This document shows positions 43,100 to 52,219 of a stretch of 64,000 nucleotides of DNA, one piece after another. A program made the position numbers and the translations under genes. Location of the stretch: NCBI GenBank assembly GCA_963665665.1, contig OY762428.1, positions 4,352,001 to 4,416,000 of the forward strand, in the 5' to 3' direction. This DNA comes from Candidatus Kapaibacterium sp. GTDB taxonomy: Bacteria > Bacteroidota > Ignavibacteria > Kapaibacteriales > UBA2268. The notes beneath the pieces were generated by a model that was not told the origin of the DNA, did no database searches, and was given only the letters and a program-made list of their open reading frames with translations. Numbering within the stretch: position 1 is the stretch's first letter; each line of letters opens with the position of its first letter.

Positions 43100-43270
43100 C
43101 TATTTATTAATATTCTCTTCTTCAATCGGTACAGCTTGGAGATTTTCCTCTTCGGTTATTGGTGAAGCCTTGATTTCGTTCAACAGGTCAATTACCAGCT
43201 TAAATGGCTTGTCTTCCAATAGCTGAACCATCCGGTTCAATGTTTTCTCATTAATGATGTATTCCTGCAT
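43100..43270 (-). CDS. small hypothetical phage protein, 56 aa (not in the supplied ORF track)
   Basis: AGAGG RBS, ATG at 43270, MQEYIINEKTLNRMVQLLEDKPFK..., TAG at 43100-43102; fills the gap in the operon. Confidence 0.7.
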   Translation of the reverse strand: MQEYIINEKTLNRMVQLLEDKPFKLVIDLLNEIKASPITEEENLQAVPIEEENINK

Positions 43271-43280
43271 TCTTACCTCT

Positions 43281-44816
43281 TTAAATTATTTCATTACAAA
43301 CAATTCCTTCAGTGCCACCTAAATACCGGGCATGAAGATAGCCACCAAGTATCTGCCTGAATGAACCGTTCGGCAGAGTAGCTTTCCATTTAACATCTCT
43401 TTGTCCGCATAGTTCGATCTGGACAAACATCATCACGCTTCCCTGAAGAGAATTATTATACCATTCCGGCAATTGTTGTTGGGGGAGAGGTATGAAATTT
43501 CCACTTTCGTCAATCAATCTCCAACTGTCTCCGGGAGTATCTAGTTCAAGGGTCTGCGGATTTTCTGTTCTGTATTTCGTTACCTGGTCAGAATCATATT
43601 CAATAACCCGTAAAAACATATCAAAATGATAGAAACCGTCAAATGGTAGACCTTCATTATCATCTGCCGGAACATTGCCAATGATGATGGTTAAAGGCGT
43701 AATACTGCCCTCGGGAATATCGAATCTTTTAAACCATGACGTTTTCGCACATTTTATCACCGTCATTTTAATATGGAACAGTTCGAAATTCTGAATTGGT
43801 ATAACCGGGTTGCCATGATCATCCGGCTGGTCGGAGAGCGAGCATCCTATAAAAATATCTTCATCGGATGTGAAGATAAATTCTTCGTTGAAGCTTATAG
43901 TATCACCAGATGACCAGTCGTATTCTGTTGATCGGATAAAGGTCCAGGCAGAGCTTTCATCAGACCTTGTTAGGTATTGGCAATAAATAGGCTGTGATGT
44001 AAAATCTGTATTACAGTCATTATCTGAAGGATTTGCTCCCCATTCACCTTCGATTTTTATTTTGAAATAATAACAGGGATCACCGGTGATTTTCAATCCT
44101 GTTGGAACATCTCCAAGCATCAGTTTATCACCTGATGAACTTGATATTAATTCATAAATCAGATGGTTCTTGCAGCAAATAATTTGCTTCAGTTCCTGTT
44201 TTAAATCATTCCGGGTTAGGAGAGAATCATCCTCTTTGCGTTCAAAGCTGACCAGTACCCATTTTTCAATATTGTTGTTATATGAAAATTCAGCTTTTGT
44301 TACTTTGTCAATATTTGTATTTGTTCCGGTATCGATCTTTTTATGATTTGCCGGTATTGTCTGTGTGGAATTGTCCTTAATGTTGAACCAGGATCCGTCT
44401 TTTGCCGTATAAACAAAATGCCTTCCCTTTAAAGCATTCCAGTCTGTTATAGTTCCGGAACTGCCGATGAAATGCAGAGTGCCGAGAGTATTTGAAGAAT
44501 TATCGCTGTATCCTTCCGATAAATTTATATTTGAATCTGACTGGTGTAGAAAATTGCTGGTTGCACTTGTGACAGTATCATCATCCCTTGGATTTGCCGG
44601 ATTCAGTGAATTTGTAGATTCATCGGTCCAGGATTTATTATCCCAGGTATTCCAGTTGGTGCCATCCCATACCAAAATCTTATCGTTATAATAAACAGAA
44701 TAACCCTTTTCATTAGTTCCCAATCCTGTTGGCAGAGAGCTTACATTTTCCAGTCTTCCTTTCATAATCTCAGTGAAGTTGAAGTCTGTATCATCAAGTA
44801 TTGGCCTGCCTGACAT
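43281..44816 (-). CDS. putative fibre/receptor-binding virion protein (likely start 44816)
   Basis: GGAGG RBS before MSGRPILDD; N-terminus resembles that of the upstream fibre protein; VWDGTNW motif. Confidence 0.6.
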   Translation of the reverse strand: MSGRPILDDTDFNFTEIMKGRLENVSSLPTGLGTNEKGYSVYYNDKILVWDGTNWNTWDNKSWTDESTNSLNPANPRDDDTVTSATSNFLHQSDSNINLSEGYSDNSSNTLGTLHFIGSSGTITDWNALKGRHFVYTAKDGSWFNIKDNSTQTIPANHKKIDTGTNTNIDKVTKAEFSYNNNIEKWVLVSFERKEDDSLLTRNDLKQELKQIICCKNHLIYELISSSSGDKLMLGDVPTGLKITGDPCYYFKIKIEGEWGANPSDNDCNTDFTSQPIYCQYLTRSDESSAWTFIRSTEYDWSSGDTISFNEEFIFTSDEDIFIGCSLSDQPDDHGNPVIPIQNFELFHIKMTVIKCAKTSWFKRFDIPEGSITPLTIIIGNVPADDNEGLPFDGFYHFDMFLRVIEYDSDQVTKYRTENPQTLELDTPGDSWRLIDESGNFIPLPQQQLPEWYNNSLQGSVMMFVQIELCGQRDVKWKATLPNGSFRQILGGYLHARYLGGTEGIVCNEII

Positions 44817-44826
44817 ATCTTCCTCC

Positions 44827-46410
44827 TTATCCGATAATAACCACTTTATAAACTTTACCGGAAGCCGGAGCAGTTTTAAAAGAAAACTTAGCATTGTTGG
44901 TATCGTACCTCTCAATTAGTGGATAAGCAGAATATCCGCTCGTGCTGTCATAGACATCTATTAGAATATCCTTGGAAGCAAGGTTGTGAGCAATAGTAAA
45001 TGTTGTTGTTGCAGCATTGCCTGTGATAGTTCCGAGAACCTTCTTGTTCTTGTAAGCCCCTTTGATCTGGATTTGATTGCCAACAATTTCAAGTGTTGAA
45101 TCATCAACATTAATCTTCAGGCCGCTTCCAGATTTTGATATACCGCCGGAAGAATCAAGCTTTGCCTGTAATGTATCACCGCTGATCTCAATTGACTGGC
45201 TATCTACATTAACATCCAACTGATTGCCTGTTTTTGACAACCCCAAGCCTGCAATTATCTGAGATGCACCTGTAAACTGTGTCCAGGAAACGGCAGTAGT
45301 TCCAAGTGTTCCACCGCTATCAACAGTACAAACCCAAGCAGTATCAGCATTAACAGAACCTTCCTCTACAAATACAGAAGCGGATACCAGTTCAGCCCAG
45401 GCATCATTATCGCTTGCCCTTGACCATGAAGTGGAAGCCACAATATAAATACCATTTTGTGCGGCTGTTGTCTGATTCTTTACCAAAACCCTGTCGCCAG
45501 CTGAAAGTGTAATCCCGTCAATAGTCTGAGTACCGGACAATGTTAAATTGCCAGTAGAAGCAACCCTGACACTGTTTTTCCAGTCGAAGCCCGCTACAAC
45601 ATTATCAACATAGTTCTTTGTAGCTGCATCCTGAGGGTTTGTAGGATCAGACAGATTAGTGATTTTCTGGCTGTTCAGGTTCAGAGATGTTGTTGGCAAA
45701 GCCATCTGATCAAGCCTGTTCTGCCTTACCCCTGTATCAAAATCAGTAATTTGCGTATGAACATGAGTATGTGAAGGCAGATCACCTGAGCTGAGATTTG
45801 TTGCAGAAGTTACCCTTCCTTTTGCATCAATGGTCAGTTTTGAGTATGTCCCTGCCGATACTCCTGTATTTGTAAGCTGGATACCGCTTGAGACTATTTC
45901 AATACCTCCACCGGAAACAATTCTGACATCTGCTTTAATCAGGTTACTAGCATCGGTATATGTCATATTAACCGAATATGTATCTGCAAGTGTTGTTCCA
46001 ACAGCATCCTGTGCAGCTTCATTGAAATTTGAAATGGTAGATGCTAACTGTGTCCCGGTATGATTCGAGCGACTAAGATAATATGAACCATGCTGACTGT
46101 CAAGGGTATCTGCATTATCGGCTTCTTCTACGATTCCGTCATTATCAGAATCATAGACAGACTTCTGCATATCGGGATATATCCAGCTTGTAGCTGTTCT
46201 ATAGCCAAATTTACCATCGCCATTAACACTGTCAGTTTTTCCAGTATTATGCAATATCTGTCCGGCTAATGGCGATGCAGGCTCAGAAGCCAGATTCTGC
46301 ACAATGGCATTCCTGATCTCATTTTTATCCAAATCCAGATAACCCGTGCTGTTCAGGATTTTCAGTATTCCCGATAAATCTATATCATTCAAAAATGGAA
46401 TTGACGGCAC
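44827..46410 (-). CDS. phage fibre/decoration structural protein
   Basis: DAATKNYVD, WKNSVRVA, GDRVLVKNQTTAAQNGIY, GTYSKLTIDAKGRVT, HTHVHTQITD fibre motifs. Confidence 0.8.
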   Translation of the reverse strand: MPSIPFLNDIDLSGILKILNSTGYLDLDKNEIRNAIVQNLASEPASPLAGQILHNTGKTDSVNGDGKFGYRTATSWIYPDMQKSVYDSDNDGIVEEADNADTLDSQHGSYYLSRSNHTGTQLASTISNFNEAAQDAVGTTLADTYSVNMTYTDASNLIKADVRIVSGGGIEIVSSGIQLTNTGVSAGTYSKLTIDAKGRVTSATNLSSGDLPSHTHVHTQITDFDTGVRQNRLDQMALPTTSLNLNSQKITNLSDPTNPQDAATKNYVDNVVAGFDWKNSVRVASTGNLTLSGTQTIDGITLSAGDRVLVKNQTTAAQNGIYIVASTSWSRASDNDAWAELVSASVFVEEGSVNADTAWVCTVDSGGTLGTTAVSWTQFTGASQIIAGLGLSKTGNQLDVNVDSQSIEISGDTLQAKLDSSGGISKSGSGLKINVDDSTLEIVGNQIQIKGAYKNKKVLGTITGNAATTTFTIAHNLASKDILIDVYDSTSGYSAYPLIERYDTNNAKFSFKTAPASGKVYKVVIIG

Positions 46411-46418
46411 AAATACCT

Positions 46419-46496
46419 CAGTTAATAGTTGACAATTGAAAGTTGACAGTTTTTTTCTTTAACTATCAACTATCCACTGTAAACTATCAACTATCC
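46419..46496. repeat. heptamer-repeat hairpin element (empty copy A)
   Basis: (AGTTGAH-like)n - TTTTTTCTTT - (ACTATCM-like)n inverted arms. Confidence 0.85.
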
Positions 46497-46534
46497 TTGT
46501 ATTATTACAGGTACTGAGTGTGGGTAGGGAGTGA
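46478..46534 (-). promoter_or_regulatory. phage late-promoter motif copy 3
   Basis: TGAGTGTGGGTAGGGAGTGA at 46515-46534; minus-strand TAGTTTAC beginning at 46486 (29-bp offset). Confidence 0.65.
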
Positions 46535-46590
46535 AGGTGGGAAGGCTGGGTAATGAGTAGTTACGACCCGTATGGCAGCTATTAATTTTT

Positions 46591-47356
46591 TTAGCCATTG
46601 TTGTATTTTGTTTTTAATTCTGTCGGATTATATTTATTTCTATGAACTCTAAATTCTGATATTGCTTGATTTCCATATTCCATACAATTTTCTAAAACTC
46701 TTTATATGTTTCCGTTTCTAAAATTTGATTGAGAATTAAATCATCATAATTTGTCCGGTTTAATGGCTATGTTGGGATTTTACCATTGCATGGAATATTT
46801 ACGTAAGGTGTAAACATCATTACAATCCATCTGAAAGCGTCATACTTATCTTTTAATTTAAAATATTTTTCTTTATCCACCTCTGTCATTTTCTCAAACC
46901 TCTTGGAAGGATTGGTTCAATATATGTCAAAAGAGCGTCCAAATCTTTTGATATTTATTTTAAAAAATATTCATAAAACCAACTTTCAAAAAATGTAGAT
47001 TGAAAACCATTCCAAGTCAATAATTCTATATTTGTAAGTTCAGATGCTTTTTTCGCACCAGACTGGAAATCACTTGTTGTAATTATATATCCGATATTAC
47101 AACCTAAGTCAGATATGTCAGTTCTAAATCCGTGAATCACTTTCTGTGGAATATTTGATTTCCAATGTTTACATTCGCATATTATGGAATATTTTCTTCC
47201 TTTAATTGTCTCTTCTGCATAAAAATCAATTACAGCTTGTCCTCTTACTGTATCTACTGTTTTTTCAACTTCGACTTAAAAGCCACATTTTTCAAGTATA
47301 TTTCCAACTTCGGTTTGCAAAACTTGCCAAGTATCTGGAATTTTATCTGTAATCAT
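46591..47356 (-). pseudogene. inactivated Mrr-like PD-(D/E)xK restriction endonuclease
   Basis: MITDKIPDTWQVLQTEVGNILEKCGF* VEVEKTV...IDFYA...ICECKHW...DFQSGA; in-frame TAA at 47276-47278 and further breaks downstream. Confidence 0.8.
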
Positions 47357-47383
47357 TGATGTTTCTGGATTGTTTTTAAATTA

Positions 47384-47516
47384 AGTACTACGGTAAGTAT
47401 AGAATAGTAACGGATTTCAAACCATTAAACTGTCAGATTGCACCGACCTTTGATTTTTTATTTTACGATTCAAAATTGCACTGAACCCCACTATTGTTTA
47501 TATACATTGTAGTGAG
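47384..47516 (-). other. attC-like imperfect hairpin separating two cassette-like genes
   Basis: Minus strand ACTAC-AAT-GTATATAAACAATAGTGGGGTT ... AATCCGTTACTATTCTATAC-TTACC-GTAGT: outer and inner complementary boxes with bulged bases. Confidence 0.55.
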
Positions 47517-47530
47517 TTCGTGCTTTCGCT

Positions 47531-48346
47531 TTAAATTGTTCTGTGTTTTATTTTATAGGCTATTTCTTGTCCGGCGTCTGTTAATTTAAATATATTATTC
47601 TCTGTTTTTATCAAGTACCCTTTTTTAACGAGTTGCTTAACAACCAATATCCAATGAAGACGATTGTCTCTATCACCACGAGACTTCCCTGATAGTTCTA
47701 TTTCTGTTTGAGTTCTTTCCCAACCCCATTGCATATCGCACATATCTCCAGGAACCCACAAACATTCAAATTCACCTTTTGCAGCGGCAATTTTACATGG
47801 ACTTTGATAATTGAACAGTCTTAGAAGCAATTTGCTTTCATATTCACTTAGTGCTTGGTCTTGTGGGGTTTCATTTTTTATTATTTCTTTGATGTCTAAT
47901 AATGCAGTCTGTATATTTTTTATTTCCGCACTTATATTAAACACTTCTTCTTTATAGTTGCACACAATATTCAAATCATGCAGTTTCTTTGATTTCTTTA
48001 TATTGTTGTCAAAAATCTGAAAAAACAACTTAAGCTCTTTTTCAGTCGGATTTATTATTCTTTCATCTCGGATGAATTCTTGTTCAACTAATTTTAAGTC
48101 CATTTCTACGGTAAACCGAAATTTTAAAAATTCATCCAACAAAAGTTGTGAAGTATAAAATGGAATTTTATCAGTCTCCTTAATAGGATTTTCTTTCTCA
48201 AACTCTTCAACTGTTTTATCTATTATGTCACACAGTTCACTTTCATATTCGGTTATGTTTGTCTTGGTAATTTTGTTATAACCCAAAGAAACGAGTTTAG
48301 TCGCCAAACTTTGAGCCACGCTTGTGAGTATTGTAGAAATTAGCAT
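47531..48346 (-). CDS. hypothetical protein (accessory, cassette-like gene)
   Basis: 271 aa, AT-rich; helical N-terminus, C-terminal winged-helix-like ending (LVKKGYL...FKLTDAG). Confidence 0.7.
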   Translation of the reverse strand: MLISTILTSVAQSLATKLVSLGYNKITKTNITEYESELCDIIDKTVEEFEKENPIKETDKIPFYTSQLLLDEFLKFRFTVEMDLKLVEQEFIRDERIINPTEKELKLFFQIFDNNIKKSKKLHDLNIVCNYKEEVFNISAEIKNIQTALLDIKEIIKNETPQDQALSEYESKLLLRLFNYQSPCKIAAAKGEFECLWVPGDMCDMQWGWERTQTEIELSGKSRGDRDNRLHWILVVKQLVKKGYLIKTENNIFKLTDAGQEIAYKIKHRTI

Positions 48347-48502
48347 TTTTAATCAAGTTTAGTCAATAGCTTCTTATTAATGAACTGTCACTTAACATGA
48401 CGCACAACACATAAATAAAACAAATATACACAATAATCAACTCCAATATACAAATAATATTTAAATTCAACAGTTTAATTTATTCTAATAATTAATTCAA
48501 CC

Positions 48503-48790
48503 TCAATTACAAACCGCTACCCCAGTAAAAGCAAACTTGAACTCGATTTGAAGTTCATTTTCAGAGATATGCTCAATATGACCGAAAACAACATTACCGG
48601 AGCTGTCGAGGGTGGAAACGGAAGGCCTTTTGTTGAGGTTGTGGGTGACATTCCAGATTTGGCTTGCTGTAAGCTGTTCGTGGATATAGTGAGCATCGGC
48701 AATACCCGGTTCAAGGTCATCAGGTTTGATTTTGCCGAGCTTGTTGAATTTTATCTCGCCATTTTCTATTTCTGCTTTTTGGACATACAT
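48503..48790 (-). CDS. small phage structural protein
   Basis: WNVTHNLNKRPSV..LD..G motif, similar to the C-terminal domain of 44827-46410. Confidence 0.65.
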   Translation of the reverse strand: MYVQKAEIENGEIKFNKLGKIKPDDLEPGIADAHYIHEQLTASQIWNVTHNLNKRPSVSTLDSSGNVVFGHIEHISENELQIEFKFAFTGVAVCN

Positions 48791-49236
48791 TATTTAGTCA
48801 GGCTCCCGACTGTAAAACCAACTGCCACACCACCTATAATATAAACCGGGGTCTCCCACCAGGAGCGTTCTCTCATGATTTCTTTTGTGATATAAATTGT
48901 CTGAATCATCGTACTGTCCGGCTTCTTCCTTATCATCAGGTTGAAATTGTTATCAGGAAACTCGTATTTCGCATATACCGTATCCCTTTTGATTACTGTG
49001 TCAACCACAGCCACAAATGGCTTTGTCTCAATTATCGTATCCCGTTTGTAGATTATTTTCGGCTTAATCTTCTCAATAACTATCGGTTCGGATTCCTTAA
49101 TAATCAGAACTGTATCCTTCCGGACAATGGTATTTGTAATCGGGTCGCAATGCTTTGTTGACCTTCCCAGAAAGAATGCCATGGCAATCATCACGAGGAT
49201 CAGGATTGTTCCGGCTATGTATTTATATTTTTCCAT
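48790..49236 (-). CDS. membrane-anchored lysis-cassette protein (spanin-like)
   Basis: N-terminal TM helix, repeated DT(V/I) motifs, C-terminal WW plus hydrophobic segment; follows the endolysin. Confidence 0.55.
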   Translation of the reverse strand: MEKYKYIAGTILILVMIAMAFFLGRSTKHCDPITNTIVRKDTVLIIKESEPIVIEKIKPKIIYKRDTIIETKPFVAVVDTVIKRDTVYAKYEFPDNNFNLMIRKKPDSTMIQTIYITKEIMRERSWWETPVYIIGGVAVGFTVGSLTK

Positions 49237-49841
49237 CAGCTATTTACCGGAGTAAATCCAACAAAACCTTTGACAGCCATCCTTCCTATGAAATGCTTAT
49301 AATTCCTCTTTCTGATATAAACACCTTCGCCGTCATCCTGAGAGCCTTTCCTGCCTGAACTCGTATTAAAGCCAACAGTTCTTATCCAACCGACTTTCAT
49401 CACTTCAATGATCCTTTCCACATGACCACGCCATACCTTTGGTTTCTTCCAGAAAATCAGGTCATTGACTTTCGGAAAAGGAAATGTTTTCCTGCCGTTC
49501 TTCAGAGCATGGTTAAACATAGATACTGTAGAGCCTGTTCTTTTAATCGGAATTTCAGATAATTCAAATCCCAAGTCCTGACAGGCAGAATTAAAGCACC
49601 AGTATTGGCCTGCCGCACAATATGGATTACCTTTTCTCAGACCGACAGATTTCAGGTATTGCTCAACTATATAGCCGTCATTTCTACCTGACTTTTCCCT
49701 AACTCCAACCTGAGCAATGGCAGAATCAGCCGATGCCTGAATCAATTCACTCCTGCACGGCATTACATATCTTGCAAGCGAAAAAAGCTCGACAGAGGCC
49801 GCTATATGAAGCAATATCAGCAATATTATCTTATATTTCAT
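49236..49841 (-). CDS. endolysin, CHAP/NlpC-like Cys-His peptidase with signal peptide
   Basis: QVGVRE.SGRNDG, PYCAAG (catalytic Cys), GHVERI (His), GFNT; hydrophobic N-terminus. Confidence 0.75.
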   Translation of the reverse strand: MKYKIILLILLHIAASVELFSLARYVMPCRSELIQASADSAIAQVGVREKSGRNDGYIVEQYLKSVGLRKGNPYCAAGQYWCFNSACQDLGFELSEIPIKRTGSTVSMFNHALKNGRKTFPFPKVNDLIFWKKPKVWRGHVERIIEVMKVGWIRTVGFNTSSGRKGSQDDGEGVYIRKRNYKHFIGRMAVKGFVGFTPVNS

Positions 49842-49849
49842 GGCATCAC

Positions 49850-50194
49850 CTAATTAGCAAACTGAGCGATATAAACACCAAGGACAATCAGCCCAACAAG
49901 AATATGCACCCCAAGGAATATGTATCCGAGAACGTTGACAACTGCTCCCTTTTCAGAGGAATTGATCTTGCCGTCTTCTCCTTCCAATAGGAATTTCGTA
50001 AAGGGTATCCGTGTATAAACATAAAGGGCTACTCCGGACAATGCCAATGCTGATGCTTCAAGAAATGCTATCAGAAGAAAAGTCTGAATCTCGGCGCTTC
50101 CAGGTTTCAGGAAGAAGTATGCAATAGCTCCGAGGATTATCCAGACTGTGTTTCTGGAAATAAAATCGATTACTGCTTTGAGTTTTTCGTTCAT
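49850..50194 (-). CDS. putative holin (three TM helices)
   Basis: 114 aa, three hydrophobic segments, directly upstream of the endolysin. Confidence 0.6.
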   Translation of the reverse strand: MNEKLKAVIDFISRNTVWIILGAIAYFFLKPGSAEIQTFLLIAFLEASALALSGVALYVYTRIPFTKFLLEGEDGKINSSEKGAVVNVLGYIFLGVHILVGLIVLGVYIAQFAN

Positions 50195-50205
50195 ATTTTA
50201 CCTTT

Positions 50206-50496
50206 CTAATGTGTGCTTACTAAATGCTTGTTAAATCTGTTCTGAAGCTCAGTAAGAATGTCTTTTATGGCTTCAAGCTCCTTTTTTACCTGGTCATCAT
50301 AGAGGTCAACCCTTTGTTCCAAGAGTTTTACCCTGCGTTCCAGGTCATTGAATTTTTCCACATCTGCCAGCTTCTTTGAGAAAATTTCCTCATTGGCTTT
50401 TCGATTATCCCTTTTAAGCATGAAATAAAAGGTCAGAAGCCCGATAATCAGGATTCCGAACTGGATGATGTTATATATCAGATTGCTTGTAGTCAC
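50206..50496 (-). CDS. single-TM coiled-coil protein of the lysis cassette
   Basis: 96 aa, N-terminal TM helix then coiled coil. Confidence 0.55.
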   Translation of the reverse strand: MTTSNLIYNIIQFGILIIGLLTFYFMLKRDNRKANEEIFSKKLADVEKFNDLERRVKLLEQRVDLYDDQVKKELEAIKDILTELQNRFNKHLVSTH

Positions 50497-50499
50497 GCC

Positions 50500-50901
50500 C
50501 TAATCCCCAATGAAATAAACCGTCGGAAGCATAAACCTCATCTCATAATGCCATTTGTCATCCTCGACAAAAAGGAACTTCTCAGTCAGAGGATAAAGCT
50601 TCATATTCTCAATGTAGAGATCATTTGTCAGGGAATACCTGACCTTGTCCAGAGTTTCATAAGCCCCGAGATGAGAGCGAAGGTTCCTGACAATAACGAT
50701 CACATCAATTTCAATCATCCTTGCCTGCTGTTCCAGCCTTGGATTTGTATAGTTCGAGCCTTCATAACTAACCAAAACCGCACCGTTGGGATGCAGCAGC
50801 TCGTAATCCTTCACATTCTCCGGGAAAGGCTCAACAGCCAGATCGCTAATATCCGCCTGAAGCTTTGCTACAACAGCTTCCTCTATTTCCTTGATTGTCA
50901 T
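50500..50901 (-). CDS. Mu gp37-like head-tail joining / tail terminator protein
   Basis: VEPFPE....Y.L.HP.GAVLVSY.GS, RNLR...GAY..LD.VR..L. Confidence 0.8.
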   Translation of the reverse strand: MTIKEIEEAVVAKLQADISDLAVEPFPENVKDYELLHPNGAVLVSYEGSNYTNPRLEQQARMIEIDVIVIVRNLRSHLGAYETLDKVRYSLTNDLYIENMKLYPLTEKFLFVEDDKWHYEMRFMLPTVYFIGD

Positions 50902-51326
50902 AAGTAATTATCCATCGCTTTCTTTGGTACAACAGGCTCTCTTTCAGACACCAGAAAGAATCCCGGCCTTGTTTCCGGAGTTCCTTCATTAAGAGTGATT
51001 GTTCCTTTCTGCAGCTTCTCCAATGTAGAAATGCTGTCCTTGTAAAGATTCTGAATGCTATCGAAGACCTTGCCTCTCCGCTTGTACAGCTCATATTTCA
51101 CAATGTCAATACATACTTTTCTCAGGATAGAATGTTCATTCTCAAGGGGAAGATTATATCTTGACCTCAGAAATCCGTCAATGAAATCTCCGGCATCTGA
51201 AATATACTTATTAACCAAGGCTTCATCCACAACATTAGGATCAGCATCATTACTGAGCTGGGCAGTCACCTTCTCGGTCAAATCATCTTTTATATCCTGA
51301 ATTGTACAGTACATCATCTTTCGCAA
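50898..51326 (-). CDS. Mu gp36-like (DUF1320) head-tail adaptor
   Basis: YCT..D, IDGFLRSRYNLPL, DIVKYEL, LEKLQKGTITL; true start probably the Met at 51317 or 51314. Confidence 0.85.
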   Translation of the reverse strand: MRKMMYCTIQDIKDDLTEKVTAQLSNDADPNVVDEALVNKYISDAGDFIDGFLRSRYNLPLENEHSILRKVCIDIVKYELYKRRGKVFDSIQNLYKDSISTLEKLQKGTITLNEGTPETRPGFFLVSEREPVVPKKAMDNYL

Positions 51327-51347
51327 AAAGTATTTTCAAATCTCATT

Positions 51348-51404
51348 GCGAAGTTATTAGGATTTGATGTAGTGTCCTATGCATTGAGTGCGGGTAGGGA
51401 GTGA
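51348..51404 (-). promoter_or_regulatory. phage late-promoter motif copy 4
   Basis: TGAGTGCGGGTAGGGAGTGA at 51385-51404; minus-strand TAACTTCGC beginning at 51356 (29-bp offset). Confidence 0.7.
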
Positions 51405-51500
51405 TTTTATTTGGGGAATGCTTGCTTAAATTTAATATTTACATAATATTTCTTAATTTGATATTAGAATTATTGTGGTTTAAATTTCCAAGGATTTAAA

Positions 51501-52166
51501 ATGGATGATATTATTTTAAAATTAATTCCTAAAGAAAATATTACTGTGGAGTTTTTAGAGCTTGTTACAAAAATAGCAAACGGTGAGGATATAAATCTGT
51601 CTGGATATGAAGTCTTTGAAGTTAGTGATAAAGTTTTGTCTTTTAAAGAGGACATTGTAAAATATTTACTTGAGCATGGATTCCATAGTCTGATAGAAGT
51701 AGAGTCGATAAATGAAGAATTAATAACGCAAACTACACCACAGAACAAAGTTGTGGCAATTTTCCAAGCATACTTAGATAAAGTCAATATTGATTCTGAA
51801 TTGATTATTGTTGATCCATATTTCTATGCTGGTTCGGCTAATTTAAATTACTTAAATATCTTATCTTCTGTACTTAGTAGATATATAAATAAGATAGATA
51901 CAATTATTATTATTACTAAAAATGAAATTAATAATAAATCTCAGGTTGATAATACTTTATTGAATTTAAAATCAACACTTAATATTATCCATAATATAAC
52001 TAATGATTTTCATGACAGATTTTGGATTTCAAATAGTCGACAAAATGGAGTAGTTTTAGGAACATCATTCAATGGACTTGGAAATAGAATTGCTTTGATT
52101 GATAGATTAAATATTTCTGATGTAAGATTGATTGTTACAGAACTGAATAATCGTAGTTTAATTTAA
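51501..52166 (+). CDS. hypothetical protein with a PLD-like nuclease-type domain (moron)
   Basis: IIVDPYF ... FHDRFWI ... GTSFNGLG pattern; AT-rich; antisense to the head genes. Confidence 0.65.
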   Translation: MDDIILKLIPKENITVEFLELVTKIANGEDINLSGYEVFEVSDKVLSFKEDIVKYLLEHGFHSLIEVESINEELITQTTPQNKVVAIFQAYLDKVNIDSELIIVDPYFYAGSANLNYLNILSSVLSRYINKIDTIIIITKNEINNKSQVDNTLLNLKSTLNIIHNITNDFHDRFWISNSRQNGVVLGTSFNGLGNRIALIDRLNISDVRLIVTELNNRSLI

Positions 52167-52182
52167 GTGAAAATTGGTTAGA

Positions 52183-52216
52183 AAATGCCGCCCCCTATCG
52201 ACATAGAGGGCGTTTC
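52183..52216. terminator. terminator hairpin after the major capsid gene
   Basis: CGCCCCCTATCGACATAGAGGGCG between convergent genes. Confidence 0.55.
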
Positions 52217-52219
52217 CAT

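Noticed and set aside
44817-44915. N-terminal extension of the 544-aa ORF
   Set aside because: It overlaps the upstream gene; a GGAGG site before ATG 44816 gives the better start.
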